This document shows, piece after piece, positions 32,648-41,727 of a stretch of 64,000 nt of DNA; position 1 is the stretch's first letter; the number at the start of each line of letters is the position of its first letter. Both the position numbers and the translations under genes were made by a program. The DNA comes from Mycobacteriaceae bacterium (lineage in GTDB: Bacteria > Actinomycetota > Actinomycetes > Mycobacteriales > Mycobacteriaceae): the NCBI GenBank assembly GCA_037141465.1, contig JBAXCK010000001.1, forward strand, positions 5,439-69,438. Direction: 5' to 3'. Under the pieces are notes generated by a model, which ran no database searches, was not told the origin of the DNA, and was given only the letters and a program-made list of their open reading frames with translations.

Positions 32648-34597
32648 CTAGTTCGCCTTGCTCGCCCGGATCGCCTCGAACACTCCCGGATCGACCAGCG
32701 TCGAGGTGTCGCCGAGTTCGCGGCCCTCGGCCACATCGCGCAGCAGGCGTCGCATGATCTTGCCGCTTCGGGTCTTGGGCAACTCCGGCACCACATGGAT
32801 CTCCCGCGGCCTGGCGATGGGCGAGATCTCTTTGGCCACCTCGGCCCGTAACTCGTCGACCATGTCGGCGGTCGACATGTCCGCGTGGTGCGCCTTGAGG
32901 ATGACGAAGGCACAGATCGCCTGACCGGTCTGCTCGTCGGATGCGCCCACGACGGCGGCTTCCGCCACGCCGGCGTGCCCGACGAGGGCGGATTCGATTT
33001 CCGCGGTCGAGATCCGGTGCCCCGACACGTTCATCACGTCGTCGATTCGACCGAGCACCCATACCTCTCCGTCGCTGCCGTAGCGCGCCCCATCGCCGGC
33101 GAAGTACCAGCCCTGCTCGGCGAACCGCGACCAGTAGGTCTCGACGAAGCGTTCGGGATCTCCCCAGATGCCACGCAGCATCGACGGCCAGGGCTTGTCC
33201 AGAACCAAGTAGCCGGTCACTTGCTCGCCGTGCTCGGGCGCCGGCGCCAGATCACGGCCGTTGTCGTCGACGATCCTGGCCGAGATGCCCGGCAGTGGGC
33301 GCATGGCCGATCCGGGCTTGCAGTCGGTGAGCCCCGGCAGCGGCGAGATCATCACCGCGCCTGTCTCGGTCTGCCACCAGGTGTCCACGATGGGTGTCCT
33401 GTCGGCGCCGAACACCAGCCGGTACCAGCGCCACGCTTCGGGGTTGATCGGCTCGCCCACCGAGCCCAGCAGGCGCAGACTCGACAGATCGTGTGCGTGC
33501 GCCAGCTCTCGCCCCCACTTCATGAAGGTTCTGATCAGAGTCGGTGCGGTGTAATAGATTGTGACGCCGTACTTTTCGATCACCTGGAAGTGACGATGCT
33601 CATCCGGTGATGCCGGAGTGCCCTCGTACACCACCTGGGTCGCACCGTTGGACAACGGTCCGTACACGATGTAGCTGTGACCGGTCACCCAGCCGATATC
33701 GGCGGTGCACCAGTAGACGTCGGTCTCGGGCTTGATGTCGAACACGTAGTAGTGCGTGTAGGAGGCCTGGGTCAGGTAGCCGCCGGAGGTGTGGATGATG
33801 CCTTTCGGCTTACCGGTGGTGCCGGAGGTGTAGAGCAGGAACAACGGCTGCTCGGAGTCGAAGGCCTCCGGCGTGTGCTCCGCGGGCGCCTTGTCGACTG
33901 TTTCGTGCCACCACAGGTCGCGGTCTTCGGTCCACGACACGTCGATCCCGGTGCGGCGGACCACAAGCACGTTGTTCACCGACGGTTGGCCGGCCACCGC
34001 CTCGTCGACAGCGTCCTTGAGGGATACCGCGGTGCCGCGACGGAACTGTCCGTCTGTGGTGATCACCAGTTTGGCCTCGGCGTCCTCGATGCGCGCCCGC
34101 AGTGCCGATGCCGAGAACCCGCCGAACACCACCGAATGCATGATTCCCAGCCGCGCGCAGGCCAGCATGGCCACGATCGCCTCGGGGATCATCGGCATGT
34201 AGATCGCCACACGGTCACCGGCCACCAGACCCAGATCCGCGAGGGTGTTGGCGCACCTGCACACCTCGTCCTTCAACTCGGCATAGGTGATGCTGCGCGC
34301 ATCGCCGAGTGGCTCGCCCTCCCAGTGAATCGCCACCCGGTCGCCGTTGCCTGCCTCGACGTGGCGGTCCAAGCAGTTGTAGGCGACGTTGAGTTTCCCG
34401 CCGACGAACCATTTCGCGAACGGGGCCCCCGACCAGTCCAGAACCTCAGTGAACGGCGTGTTCCACGTCAGCCTGTTCGCCTGCGCAGCCCAAAAGGCCA
34501 AGCGGTCGGCCTCGGCCTCCCGGTAGAGCTCAGCCGAAGCGTTGGCGTCGGCACTGAATTCCGGCGACGGCGGGTAGGAAGTCCGAACATCGGTCAT
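32648..34597 (-). CDS. acs: Acetyl-CoA synthetase
   Basis: YTSGTTGKPKG, WQTETG, PKTRSGKIMRR; TACGCT -10 box 6 nt before ATG 34597. Confidence 0.96.
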   Translation of the reverse strand: MTDVRTSYPPSPEFSADANASAELYREAEADRLAFWAAQANRLTWNTPFTEVLDWSGAPFAKWFVGGKLNVAYNCLDRHVEAGNGDRVAIHWEGEPLGDARSITYAELKDEVCRCANTLADLGLVAGDRVAIYMPMIPEAIVAMLACARLGIMHSVVFGGFSASALRARIEDAEAKLVITTDGQFRRGTAVSLKDAVDEAVAGQPSVNNVLVVRRTGIDVSWTEDRDLWWHETVDKAPAEHTPEAFDSEQPLFLLYTSGTTGKPKGIIHTSGGYLTQASYTHYYVFDIKPETDVYWCTADIGWVTGHSYIVYGPLSNGATQVVYEGTPASPDEHRHFQVIEKYGVTIYYTAPTLIRTFMKWGRELAHAHDLSSLRLLGSVGEPINPEAWRWYRLVFGADRTPIVDTWWQTETGAVMISPLPGLTDCKPGSAMRPLPGISARIVDDNGRDLAPAPEHGEQVTGYLVLDKPWPSMLRGIWGDPERFVETYWSRFAEQGWYFAGDGARYGSDGEVWVLGRIDDVMNVSGHRISTAEIESALVGHAGVAEAAVVGASDEQTGQAICAFVILKAHHADMSTADMVDELRAEVAKEISPIARPREIHVVPELPKTRSGKIMRRLLRDVAEGRELGDTSTLVDPGVFEAIRASKAN

Positions 34598-34664
34598 AGG
34601 GCGAGCGTAGCCAGTGGTCCTGCTTCGCGCGTCAGGAAAAGACGTGGCGGTAACGTGATCGTTC

Positions 34665-35408
34665 GTGCGTGACGTGCTGGCGCCGCTGTTGGATCTTCCC
34701 GGTGTCGCCGAAGCCGCCGAGGCGGCTCGAACGGCGTTGGGGAAGGCGCACCGGCATCGTGCGAATCTGCGCGGCTGGCCGATCTCGGCTGCCGAGTCCG
34801 CGGTGCGAGGTGCGCGCTCGTCATCGATGCTCGACGGCGGCGGTTCGCAACTCGACGCCGCTTCGGGGTCGCAGGATCCGGTCCTGGCCGGCGCGCTGCG
34901 GGTGAGCCAGGTTCTCGAAGGCGGTACGTCCGGCCTGATCGGTGTATGGCAGCGCGCACCGCTGCAGGCGCTTGCGAAGTTGCACGCTCTGGCTGCCGCG
35001 GATCTGGTCAGCGACGACGAGTTGGGCCGCCCGCGGCAGCAGCCCGAAGTGGTGGCCCGGCTTGACCTGATGACGAAGCTGGTCACCGGGACGACGGCCA
35101 TCCCCGCGCCGGTGTTGGCGGCGGTCGCACACGGCGAACTGCTGGCTCTCGGTGCGTTCGGGTCCGCCGACGGGGTGCTGGCCCGAGCCGTGTCGCGGTT
35201 GGTGACCGTGTCCCGCGGGCTGGACCCACATGGCCTCGGCGTGCCGGAGGTGTACTGGCTGCGGCGGGCCGAGGAGTACCGGGCCACCGCGGCGGGTTTT
35301 GCCAGCGGCGCACCCGACGCCGTCGGCAGCTGGTTACTGATGAGTTGCGCCGCCCTGGAGGACGGTGCGCGCGAGGCGCTGTCGATCGCTGAGGCGACCG
35401 GACAATGA
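34665..35408 (+). CDS. Conserved protein, Rv3662c ortholog (degenerate Fic-like fold)
   Basis: HRHRANLRGWP, AHGELL..AFGSADGVLARA; synteny with Ms1. Confidence 0.82.
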   Translation: MRDVLAPLLDLPGVAEAAEAARTALGKAHRHRANLRGWPISAAESAVRGARSSSMLDGGGSQLDAASGSQDPVLAGALRVSQVLEGGTSGLIGVWQRAPLQALAKLHALAAADLVSDDELGRPRQQPEVVARLDLMTKLVTGTTAIPAPVLAAVAHGELLALGAFGSADGVLARAVSRLVTVSRGLDPHGLGVPEVYWLRRAEEYRATAAGFASGAPDAVGSWLLMSCAALEDGAREALSIAEATGQ

Positions 35409-35701
35409 AGCGGGCGGCGATCCGATACAAGCTCGGCTCGCCGCCCGCCAACACGGTTTCGTGGTTACCAGGCGTGCTAGGTGGGTTGCGTGGGTTGGCC
35501 TCGGCGGTCATGCGCTGCGTGTGGGCCGACGCCACCCAAGACGTCGTGTAGGTCCAGTCGCTCTTCGCAATTACGCAGGCCCGCAACACTTTTGCCACTC
35601 GCGGCGTGCTCCGCGTGGGTGCCCGGAACCGTGCTGGGCCACTTGGCGCGGGAGGAAGTATCTTCTCTTCCGGTACTACCTTGGCCTCACCAAATGTCCG
35701 T
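35405..35701 (-). ncRNA. ms1: Ms1 RNA (MTS2823 homolog; RNA polymerase-binding sRNA)
   Basis: About 300 nt resembling recalled Ms1 blocks (GAGGCCAAG, CCGGAAGAGAAG, GGCGTCGGCCCACACGCAGCGCATGACCGCCGAGGCCAACCCACGCAACCCAC); terminal GCGGGCGGCGA hairpin; convergent with Rv3662c; ends approximate. Confidence 0.9.
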
Positions 35702-35716
35702 GACTCCTTTGTACTC

Positions 35717-35732
35717 CGTGACCGTCGTCACA
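35717..35732. promoter_or_regulatory. Near-consensus CRP site in the Ms1 promoter
   Basis: CGTGA-CCGTCG-TCACA, 1 mismatch to TGTGA-N6-TCACA. Confidence 0.65.
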
Positions 35733-35881
35733 TCAAGAGTTGTCGCGCACCAATTGGAAATCGTGTCGATCATCGACCCGAGACGAGTGGGAAAATGGCA
35801 GCCTCCGCCATCTTGAAGTCCGTCGAAAACCGTCCTCATTTGTCTGGCGCCACTGGCAGAAATCGTGTGTATAGTTTGCCT

Positions 35882-35975
35882 CACTCGGCGTATGCCGGGT
35901 GTGCATCAGCCCGACCCCCCGGGGCTGATACACGACGACCCTCGCCTCCTCCCCCCCTGGCGAGGGTCGTCCTCT
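35882..35975 (+). ncRNA. 6C RNA (B11 homolog)
   Basis: Two hairpins with C-rich loops: ATCAGCCC-gACCCCCCg-GGGCTGAT and GACGACCCTCGCC-tcctccccccct-GGCGAGGGTCGTC; TATAGT -10 box at 35870. Confidence 0.92.
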
Positions 35976-36003
35976 ATCTGGTGCCGGGTCGACGTCGTGC
36001 GCG

Positions 36004-36041
36004 GCTCTCCACAGGGCCCACAGCTCTCCACAGGGTCCACA
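36004..36041. repeat. 19-bp tandem repeat GCTCTCCACAGGG(C/T)CCACA x2 upstream of ssd
   Basis: Units 36004-36022 and 36023-36041, one mismatch. Confidence 0.85.
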
Positions 36042-36084
36042 AACTGACTGGTGGTTCGACGATTCGAGCACCACCCTTCGTGGG

Positions 36085-37176
36085 GTGTCCGCCGCCCCGG
36101 TCCTGTGCGTGATCGACGACTCCGGCCTGCGCCAGACCGTCGAGCGCGTCGCGGCCGCCGCCGGCGTCCGCCTGCTCACGCTGGACTCACCGGCACGCAA
36201 GAACTGGGTCACCGCATCGGCCGTCGTCGCCGACGAGGCGGGGGCCCGCCGCTGCGCGAGGAGCGCGTTGCCGCGTCGGGAGCGGGTGATCGTCGTCAGT
36301 GGCAGCGAGCCACCGGCGTCGACGTGGGCCGCTGCCGTCGCCGCCGGTGCGCACGACGTGTGCGTGCTTCCCGACCGCGAGGATGACCTCCTCCGGCATC
36401 TGTCCGACGCAGCCGAGGTCCCGACGGCGACCGCGCGAGCGGGCCGGCTCGTCGCAGTGATCCCGGGGCGCGGTGGCGCGGGCGCATCGGTCTTCGCGGC
36501 GACCCTGGCGCAGTCGGCAGCCGGATCCGGTCAGGCCGACGCTCTGCTGATGGACCTCGATCCCCTCGCCGGGGGACTCGACCTGCTTATGGGCGCAGAG
36601 CGCGCCCCCGGCCTGCGCTGGCCTGACATCCATACCGACGGCGGCCGCTTTGGTGGTGGCCGGATCAACTGGTCATCGCTTCGCGCGGCGCTGCCGAGTG
36701 TGCGCGGTGTCCATCTGCTGTCGTCAGGCCGGAGTCACCGGGACATCGAGGCCGACCTGGTCTCCGCCGTGATCGACTCCGGACAGCGATCCGGGGTGAC
36801 CGTTGTCTGCGATATGCCGCGGCAGTTCACTTCGGCGGCGTTGTGCGCGATGGAGATCGCCAGTCTGGTGGTGGTCGTCACGACCTGCGATGTGCGGGCC
36901 ATCGCAGCGACAGCCGCACTGGTTGGTGTGGTCAGAGGTGTCAACCCGAATCTCGGTCTGTTGGTGCGGGGGCCGGCCCCCGGTGGCCTGCACGCGGCGC
37001 AGGCGGCCGACGTCGCCGCGGTTCCCTTGCTGGCCACCATGCGCCCGGAACCTCTGCTTGCCGTACGCCTGGATCAGCACGGCCTTGGCCGACCGGGCCG
37101 GCGCAGTCGTTCTCCGCTTTCCGAGGCTGCCGCGAAGGTCCTGCGCCTGTTGGAGCCCGGGGCTGCGGTTGCATGA
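36085..37176 (+). CDS. ssd: Septum site-determining protein Ssd (CpaE-like)
   Basis: GRGGAGASVFA, DLDPLAGGLDLL..PGLRWPD; first gene of the tad operon. Confidence 0.93.
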   Translation: MSAAPVLCVIDDSGLRQTVERVAAAAGVRLLTLDSPARKNWVTASAVVADEAGARRCARSALPRRERVIVVSGSEPPASTWAAAVAAGAHDVCVLPDREDDLLRHLSDAAEVPTATARAGRLVAVIPGRGGAGASVFAATLAQSAAGSGQADALLMDLDPLAGGLDLLMGAERAPGLRWPDIHTDGGRFGGGRINWSSLRAALPSVRGVHLLSSGRSHRDIEADLVSAVIDSGQRSGVTVVCDMPRQFTSAALCAMEIASLVVVVTTCDVRAIAATAALVGVVRGVNPNLGLLVRGPAPGGLHAAQAADVAAVPLLATMRPEPLLAVRLDQHGLGRPGRRSRSPLSEAAAKVLRLLEPGAAVA

Positions 37177-38321
37177 CGGAATCCCTGATCGACCGTGTCC
37201 GCGAGCGACTGGCCGCCGAGTCGGTGCCGCTGCGGCCCAACGCGGTGGCCGCAGCCATCCGCGCGGAATCGTCGGGTGTGCTCGGTGACGCCGAGGTGCT
37301 CGGCAACCTGCGCATCCTGGAGACCGAACTCACGGGGATGGGGATCCTCGAACCGCTGCTGGCAGCCCCGGGCACCACCGACGTGTTGGTGACCGCACCC
37401 GATCAGGTCTGGGTCGACGACGGAAACGGTCTGCGTCGCAGCGACGTCCGATTCGACGACGAGGCCGCTGTCCGTCGTCTGGCGCAGCGACTGGCCAATG
37501 CCGCCGGCCGCCGGCTCGACGACGCACAGCCCTGGGTCGACGGCCAACTGGCCCGCTCCGGCGGCTATGCGGTGCGGATGCACGCCGTACTCCCACCGAT
37601 CGCCCCCGCGGGTACCTGCCTGTCGTTGCGTGTTCTGCGCCCCGCGACCGATGACTTGGCGGCGCTGGTTGCCAGGGGTGCCATCGCACCGCAGGCGCAC
37701 GCACTGCTGAATGCTGTCATCTCTGCGCGGCTCGCCTTTCTGGTGTCCGGTGGAACCGGCGCTGGGAAGACCACGCTGCTGGCGGCTGCACTCGGTGCCG
37801 TCGCCGGTTCGGAACGGATCGTCTGCATCGAGGACGCGCCGGAGTTGGCGCCGCGCCATCCCCATCTCGTTCGTCTGGTGGCCCGTGGTGCGAACGTTGA
37901 GGGTGCCGGCGAGGTGACGTTGCGTCAACTGGTCCGCCAGGCCCTGCGGATGCGTCCGGACCGCATCGTCGTCGGCGAGGTGCGGGGAGCCGAGGTGGTC
38001 GATCTGCTGGCCGCGCTCAACACCGGTCACGACGGCGGCGCTGGAACGGTCCACGCCAACAGTCCCGCCGAGGTGCCCGCCCGCTTGGAGGCGCTCGGAG
38101 CGCTCGGCGGTCTGGACCGTGCCGCTCTGCACAGCCAGCTTGCGTCGGCAATCCGCGTCGTGCTGCACGTCCGCCGGGATGACGACGGGCGCCGGCTGAC
38201 AGAGATCGCCCTGCTGGTCCGCGACGGTTCAGGCTTGGTGACGGCGCAACCGGTATGGGACGAACACCGCGGCCTGGTTGAGGGTGCCGACGTTTTCGCG
38301 CGACTCACGGCGTCGAAGTGA
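37173..38321 (+). CDS. tadA: TadA/CpaF pilus assembly ATPase
   Basis: GGTGAGKTT, IEDAPEL, ALRMRPDRIVVGEVRG, NTGHDG. Confidence 0.95.
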   Translation: MTESLIDRVRERLAAESVPLRPNAVAAAIRAESSGVLGDAEVLGNLRILETELTGMGILEPLLAAPGTTDVLVTAPDQVWVDDGNGLRRSDVRFDDEAAVRRLAQRLANAAGRRLDDAQPWVDGQLARSGGYAVRMHAVLPPIAPAGTCLSLRVLRPATDDLAALVARGAIAPQAHALLNAVISARLAFLVSGGTGAGKTTLLAAALGAVAGSERIVCIEDAPELAPRHPHLVRLVARGANVEGAGEVTLRQLVRQALRMRPDRIVVGEVRGAEVVDLLAALNTGHDGGAGTVHANSPAEVPARLEALGALGGLDRAALHSQLASAIRVVLHVRRDDDGRRLTEIALLVRDGSGLVTAQPVWDEHRGLVEGADVFARLTASK

Positions 38322-39109
38322 ACGCGTTCTCCGCCGCGTTGGTCCTGCTGGCCGCCGCATTACTGGCGACTGATCCGCCCCCACGCGGCCGATTGGTGCC
38401 GGACCGATCACGGGCGCGCATTCCCAAGGCGGTTCTCGTCGCTGTGGCCTGCGCCATCGCGATCGTCTGCGCCGCGGTCGCGTCACCCGGCCTTGCGATC
38501 GCGGTGGTGCTCGTCGGCGCGACCGGAGCTCGCCGATACCGTCGGCGGCGGCGCGCCGTCCGACGACGCCGCGAGCGCCGTCGCGTAGGCGCCGCACTGG
38601 AGGTTCTTGTCGGGGAGTTACGCGCAGGCGCCCACCCGGTCAGCGCATTCACGACGGCAGCAGCCGAGTCGGCCGAAACGGTAGCCAGGACCATGCTGAC
38701 GGTCGCTTCACGGGCGCGCCTTGGGGCCGACGTCGGCGCAGGTCTGCGGGAGGCCGCGCGGACATCGTCGGCACCGGAGTCCTGGGAACGGATTGCCGTC
38801 TGCTGGGATCTGGCCGCTCGACATGGTCTGGCCATCGCAACCCTCATGGCCGCCGCGCAGCAGGACATCGTCAGTCGCCAGCGGTTCAGCGACACGATTC
38901 ACGCCGGGCTGGCCGGCGCGCGCGCCACCGCCGCGATACTTGCTGCGCTGCCCGTCATGGGCGTACTGCTGGGAGGGCTCATCGGCGCGCATCCGATGTC
39001 CTTTCTTCTCCACGGGTTCTCAGGTGCGGTATCCCTGACGGTCGGCATCGCCCTGATGTGCGCGGGCATGATCTGGTCCGACCGCATCATCGACCGGGTG
39101 GTGTCGTGA
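38318..39109 (+). CDS. tadB: TadB-like (T2SSF) membrane protein
   Basis: LEVLVGELRAGAHP, ARATAAILAALP; three TMs. Confidence 0.88.
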   Translation: MNAFSAALVLLAAALLATDPPPRGRLVPDRSRARIPKAVLVAVACAIAIVCAAVASPGLAIAVVLVGATGARRYRRRRRAVRRRRERRRVGAALEVLVGELRAGAHPVSAFTTAAAESAETVARTMLTVASRARLGADVGAGLREAARTSSAPESWERIAVCWDLAARHGLAIATLMAAAQQDIVSRQRFSDTIHAGLAGARATAAILAALPVMGVLLGGLIGAHPMSFLLHGFSGAVSLTVGIALMCAGMIWSDRIIDRVVS

Positions 39110-39681
39110 GCGTCGCCGCACTGCTGCTCGCCGCCGCGGTACTGCTGGCGGCGGGACACCACCGGCCGCGCCGGCGCATCGGACTCGACGCGGGACTTCG
39201 GCCGCGACACGGTCGGCGCACCCCGCCGCCGGATCCGTTCGCCTCGGCGTTCGCGTTTGAGGTCTTCGCGGTATGCCTGGCGGCGGGGATGCCGGTCTGC
39301 GCTGCCGCCGCCGCAACTGCGCCATCGGCCCCCGACGGACTGAGCTCCGTTCTGCAGCGAGCAGCGGACATGCTTGCCCTCGGTGCGGATCCGCAGGCCG
39401 CGTGGGCGGCGCCCCGGGGCGCCGATGACGCGTGCCAGACACTGATGAGGCTGGCCCGGCGATCGGCCGACTCGGGAAGCGCACTGGCCCGCGGCGTCGC
39501 CGAACTCGCCGAGCAATCTCGTCAGCAGACCGCTGATGCCGCATCTGCCGCCGCCGAACGGGCCGGAGTGCTCATCGCCGGCCCGTTGGGACTGTGTTTT
39601 CTGCCGGCCTTCATCTGCCTGGGCATCATGCCCGTCATCGCGGGCTTGGCAGGAGAGGTCTTCACCGGAGTTCTCGGATGA
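39106..39681 (+). CDS. tadC: TadC-like (T2SSF) membrane protein
   Basis: AVCLAAGMP, AERAGVLIAGPLGLCFLPAF. Confidence 0.88.
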   Translation: MSVAALLLAAAVLLAAGHHRPRRRIGLDAGLRPRHGRRTPPPDPFASAFAFEVFAVCLAAGMPVCAAAAATAPSAPDGLSSVLQRAADMLALGADPQAAWAAPRGADDACQTLMRLARRSADSGSALARGVAELAEQSRQQTADAASAAAERAGVLIAGPLGLCFLPAFICLGIMPVIAGLAGEVFTGVLG

Positions 39682-39726
39682 GGCCGGATTTAGTCGGTGG
39701 AGTCCCGCAACGAGAAAGGAACAACT

Positions 39727-39942
39727 GTGAGCAACAGCAGGATTCACGCGATGAGGAACCGATTGCAGAGACGGTTGGCGATGCTGGTGGTCGACGAATC
39801 CGGGATGTCCACGGTCGAGTACGCGATCGGCACCATCGCGGCCGCAGCCTTCGGCGCCGTGCTCTACAGCGTCGTGACCGGGGACTCGATCGTCGGCGCT
39901 CTGACCAACATCATCGCCCGCGCGCTGAACACCCGGGCCTGA
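39727..39942 (+). CDS. Flp-type major pilin (DUF4244)
   Basis: DESG|MSTVEYAIGTIAAAAFG; GAAAGGA SD. Confidence 0.9.
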   Translation: MSNSRIHAMRNRLQRRLAMLVVDESGMSTVEYAIGTIAAAAFGAVLYSVVTGDSIVGALTNIIARALNTRA

Positions 39943-40274
39943 GCGCTGATGGCGGTTTCAGCACGGTGGAAGCCGCGCTGGCCATCGCGACATTGGCCGC
40001 CATGCTGGTGCTGTGCCTGGGCGGCATCATGGCGGTTGTATTACAGGTCCGCTGTGTGGACGCCGCACGCGAGGCCGCGCGCCTCGCGGCCCGGGCAGAC
40101 GGACCGGCGGCCGGACCGGCCCTGGCCGCGTCCCTGGTTCCGCCGGGGGCTGCGATGGAAGTCCGTCGCGAAGGAGGCTTCGTCATCGCGCGGGTCAGCG
40201 GCAGCTCACCGGTACTGCCGGGCGTGGTCATCGCCGCGGAGGCTGTCGCTGCGGCCGAACCGGGCTGGGGATGA
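39939..40274 (+). CDS. TadE-like minor pilin (Rv3655c-like); start uncertain (CTG 39939 or GTG 39966)
   Basis: G|FSTVEAALA...RCVDAAREAARLAAR. Confidence 0.82.
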   Translation: MSADGGFSTVEAALAIATLAAMLVLCLGGIMAVVLQVRCVDAAREAARLAARADGPAAGPALAASLVPPGAAMEVRREGGFVIARVSGSSPVLPGVVIAAEAVAAAEPGWG

Positions 40275-40617
40275 GACCGGTGCGGCGACGGTGATCGCAG
40301 CCGCGATGATCGCGGCTCTCGCGGTCGTCGCGATCGTGGCGGTCACGCTCGGTTCGGTAGTGGTGGCCCGGCACCGTGCGCAGGCCGCTGCCGATCTGGC
40401 GGCGCTGGCCGCAGCGAACGTGCTGACGGCGGGACCGGCGGCAGCGTGTGCGCGTGCCGGCGAAATCGCGATGGCCATGGGCGCGCGGCTCGTGTCGTGC
40501 ACCGCCGTCGATCTCGACGTCGTGGTCTCCACCGCTGTGCGAGCCGGCAGCAGGCTCGGCGGTGTAACCAAGGCCGTCGCGCGCGCCGGACCCATGGGCC
40601 GACTCGGTGGCGGTTAG
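40249..40617 (+). CDS. TadE-like protein (Rv3654c-like); start uncertain (CTG 40249 or GTG 40291)
   Basis: G|AATV..., ARHRAQAAADLAALAAA, AC..A, ARAGP. Confidence 0.82.
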   Translation: MRPNRAGDETGAATVIAAAMIAALAVVAIVAVTLGSVVVARHRAQAAADLAALAAANVLTAGPAAACARAGEIAMAMGARLVSCTAVDLDVVVSTAVRAGSRLGGVTKAVARAGPMGRLGGG

Positions 40618-41645
40618 TTGGACCCCGCCTGCTCGGCTGGGTCCAACCCGGCGTCGTAGAGTTCATCTGAGCTCGGGAGGCGCAGCAACATCAGTCCGCC
40701 GTACACGCCGTTGTCGAGTTCCATCCGACTCAGGGTGATGTGGAGCGGCACCCACTCGCCTTCATTGCCTCCCAGCCGAAGGACCGCGCTGGCCGAACCG
40801 GTCTCGAGTTCGGCGATCACCCGCGCCTTGTAGTGCTCGTAGTCATCGGGGTGCATCTGAACGCGGCCCCGCCAGTTGTAGTAAGGGCAGGGTCCGTCAA
40901 GCCACTTGAGCAGGGTCCAGTTCTCCAGATCCACGATCCCGCGATAGACGCCCGGCTGCGCCAGACCCTCGAGGATGCGATGCGCCAGATGATCGCTGGG
41001 CGCAGGCGCGGCGCCCACTGATTCGACGATGTTCATCGAACGCGCCATCAGGTGTTCCTCGCCGCTCTCAACCGTCTCCAGAACGGTTCGGAAACAGAAA
41101 CCGACCCTTCGGAATGTGCCGGACTGATCGATCCACCCCCAATTGGCCGCGAAGGTCCGGCCCGCAACGAGATCAATCGTCCACGACAGCGCCTTGGCCT
41201 CGCCCTCGTTGAGATTCCGATCCGGGATGTCCTCGGCCAGGGACCGGCCGGTGAGTGACTCGACCGCCGGATCCTTGCCCACGTTGGACAGGAACTGCTC
41301 GGTGACGCTCGCCTCGGCGATGTTCAGGTCGGCTTTGTAGGCGCCGGGTGCCGGCCGTTCGGCCGGGTCGGCATCAGGCGGTCCGCACCACACATGCACG
41401 CCGTGGATCCGGCCGTCGGGCATGGCGACCGGTTCGGTTCGTATCACCCGCTTGGTCTTCGGCGTGATGCTCGCCAGCGCACTGCCGGACTCGACCGTCT
41501 CGGCGATCGCTGTCTGGATGGCGGCCAGATTCGGATTTCGGCGCAGGAACGAACCGATCGGGACGAAGTTCTTCATCTGGCGGCCCTGGGCCACCACCAC
41601 CGGTTCCTCGCCCAGTGTCTCCACCAGCAGCCAGTCCCCGGTCAC
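40614..41645 (-). CDS. GAF/PAS-like domain protein (Rv3651 ortholog)
   Basis: DWLLVETLGEEPVVVAQG, WTLLKWLD, MHPDD; TATGCT -10 box 6 nt before GTG. Confidence 0.88.
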   Translation of the reverse strand: MTGDWLLVETLGEEPVVVAQGRQMKNFVPIGSFLRRNPNLAAIQTAIAETVESGSALASITPKTKRVIRTEPVAMPDGRIHGVHVWCGPPDADPAERPAPGAYKADLNIAEASVTEQFLSNVGKDPAVESLTGRSLAEDIPDRNLNEGEAKALSWTIDLVAGRTFAANWGWIDQSGTFRRVGFCFRTVLETVESGEEHLMARSMNIVESVGAAPAPSDHLAHRILEGLAQPGVYRGIVDLENWTLLKWLDGPCPYYNWRGRVQMHPDDYEHYKARVIAELETGSASAVLRLGGNEGEWVPLHITLSRMELDNGVYGGLMLLRLPSSDELYDAGLDPAEQAGSN

Positions 41646-41709
41646 GCGCCGAGCATATCGGCGAAGCGCCGGTCAACGGCGTCGGGGGCCAACCGATTAT
41701 GCAGGTGAA

Positions 41710-41727
41710 ACGGTCGAATTCGACCGT
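41710..41727. promoter_or_regulatory. Perfect 18-bp palindrome ACGGTCGAATTCGACCGT; candidate operator
   Basis: Read directly; 7 nt upstream of a CATAAT -10-like box (minus strand, 41702-41697) facing the Rv3651-like gene. Confidence 0.5.

Noticed and set aside
34598-35287. 229-aa N-terminal extension of acs in the ORF track
   Set aside because: It overlaps the Rv3662c-like gene on the opposite strand; homology and the -10 box support ATG 34597
36085-40617. Tad/Flp locus as a novel system or conjugative element
   Set aside because: Standard chromosomal Rv3660c-Rv3654c cluster; no relaxase or integrase
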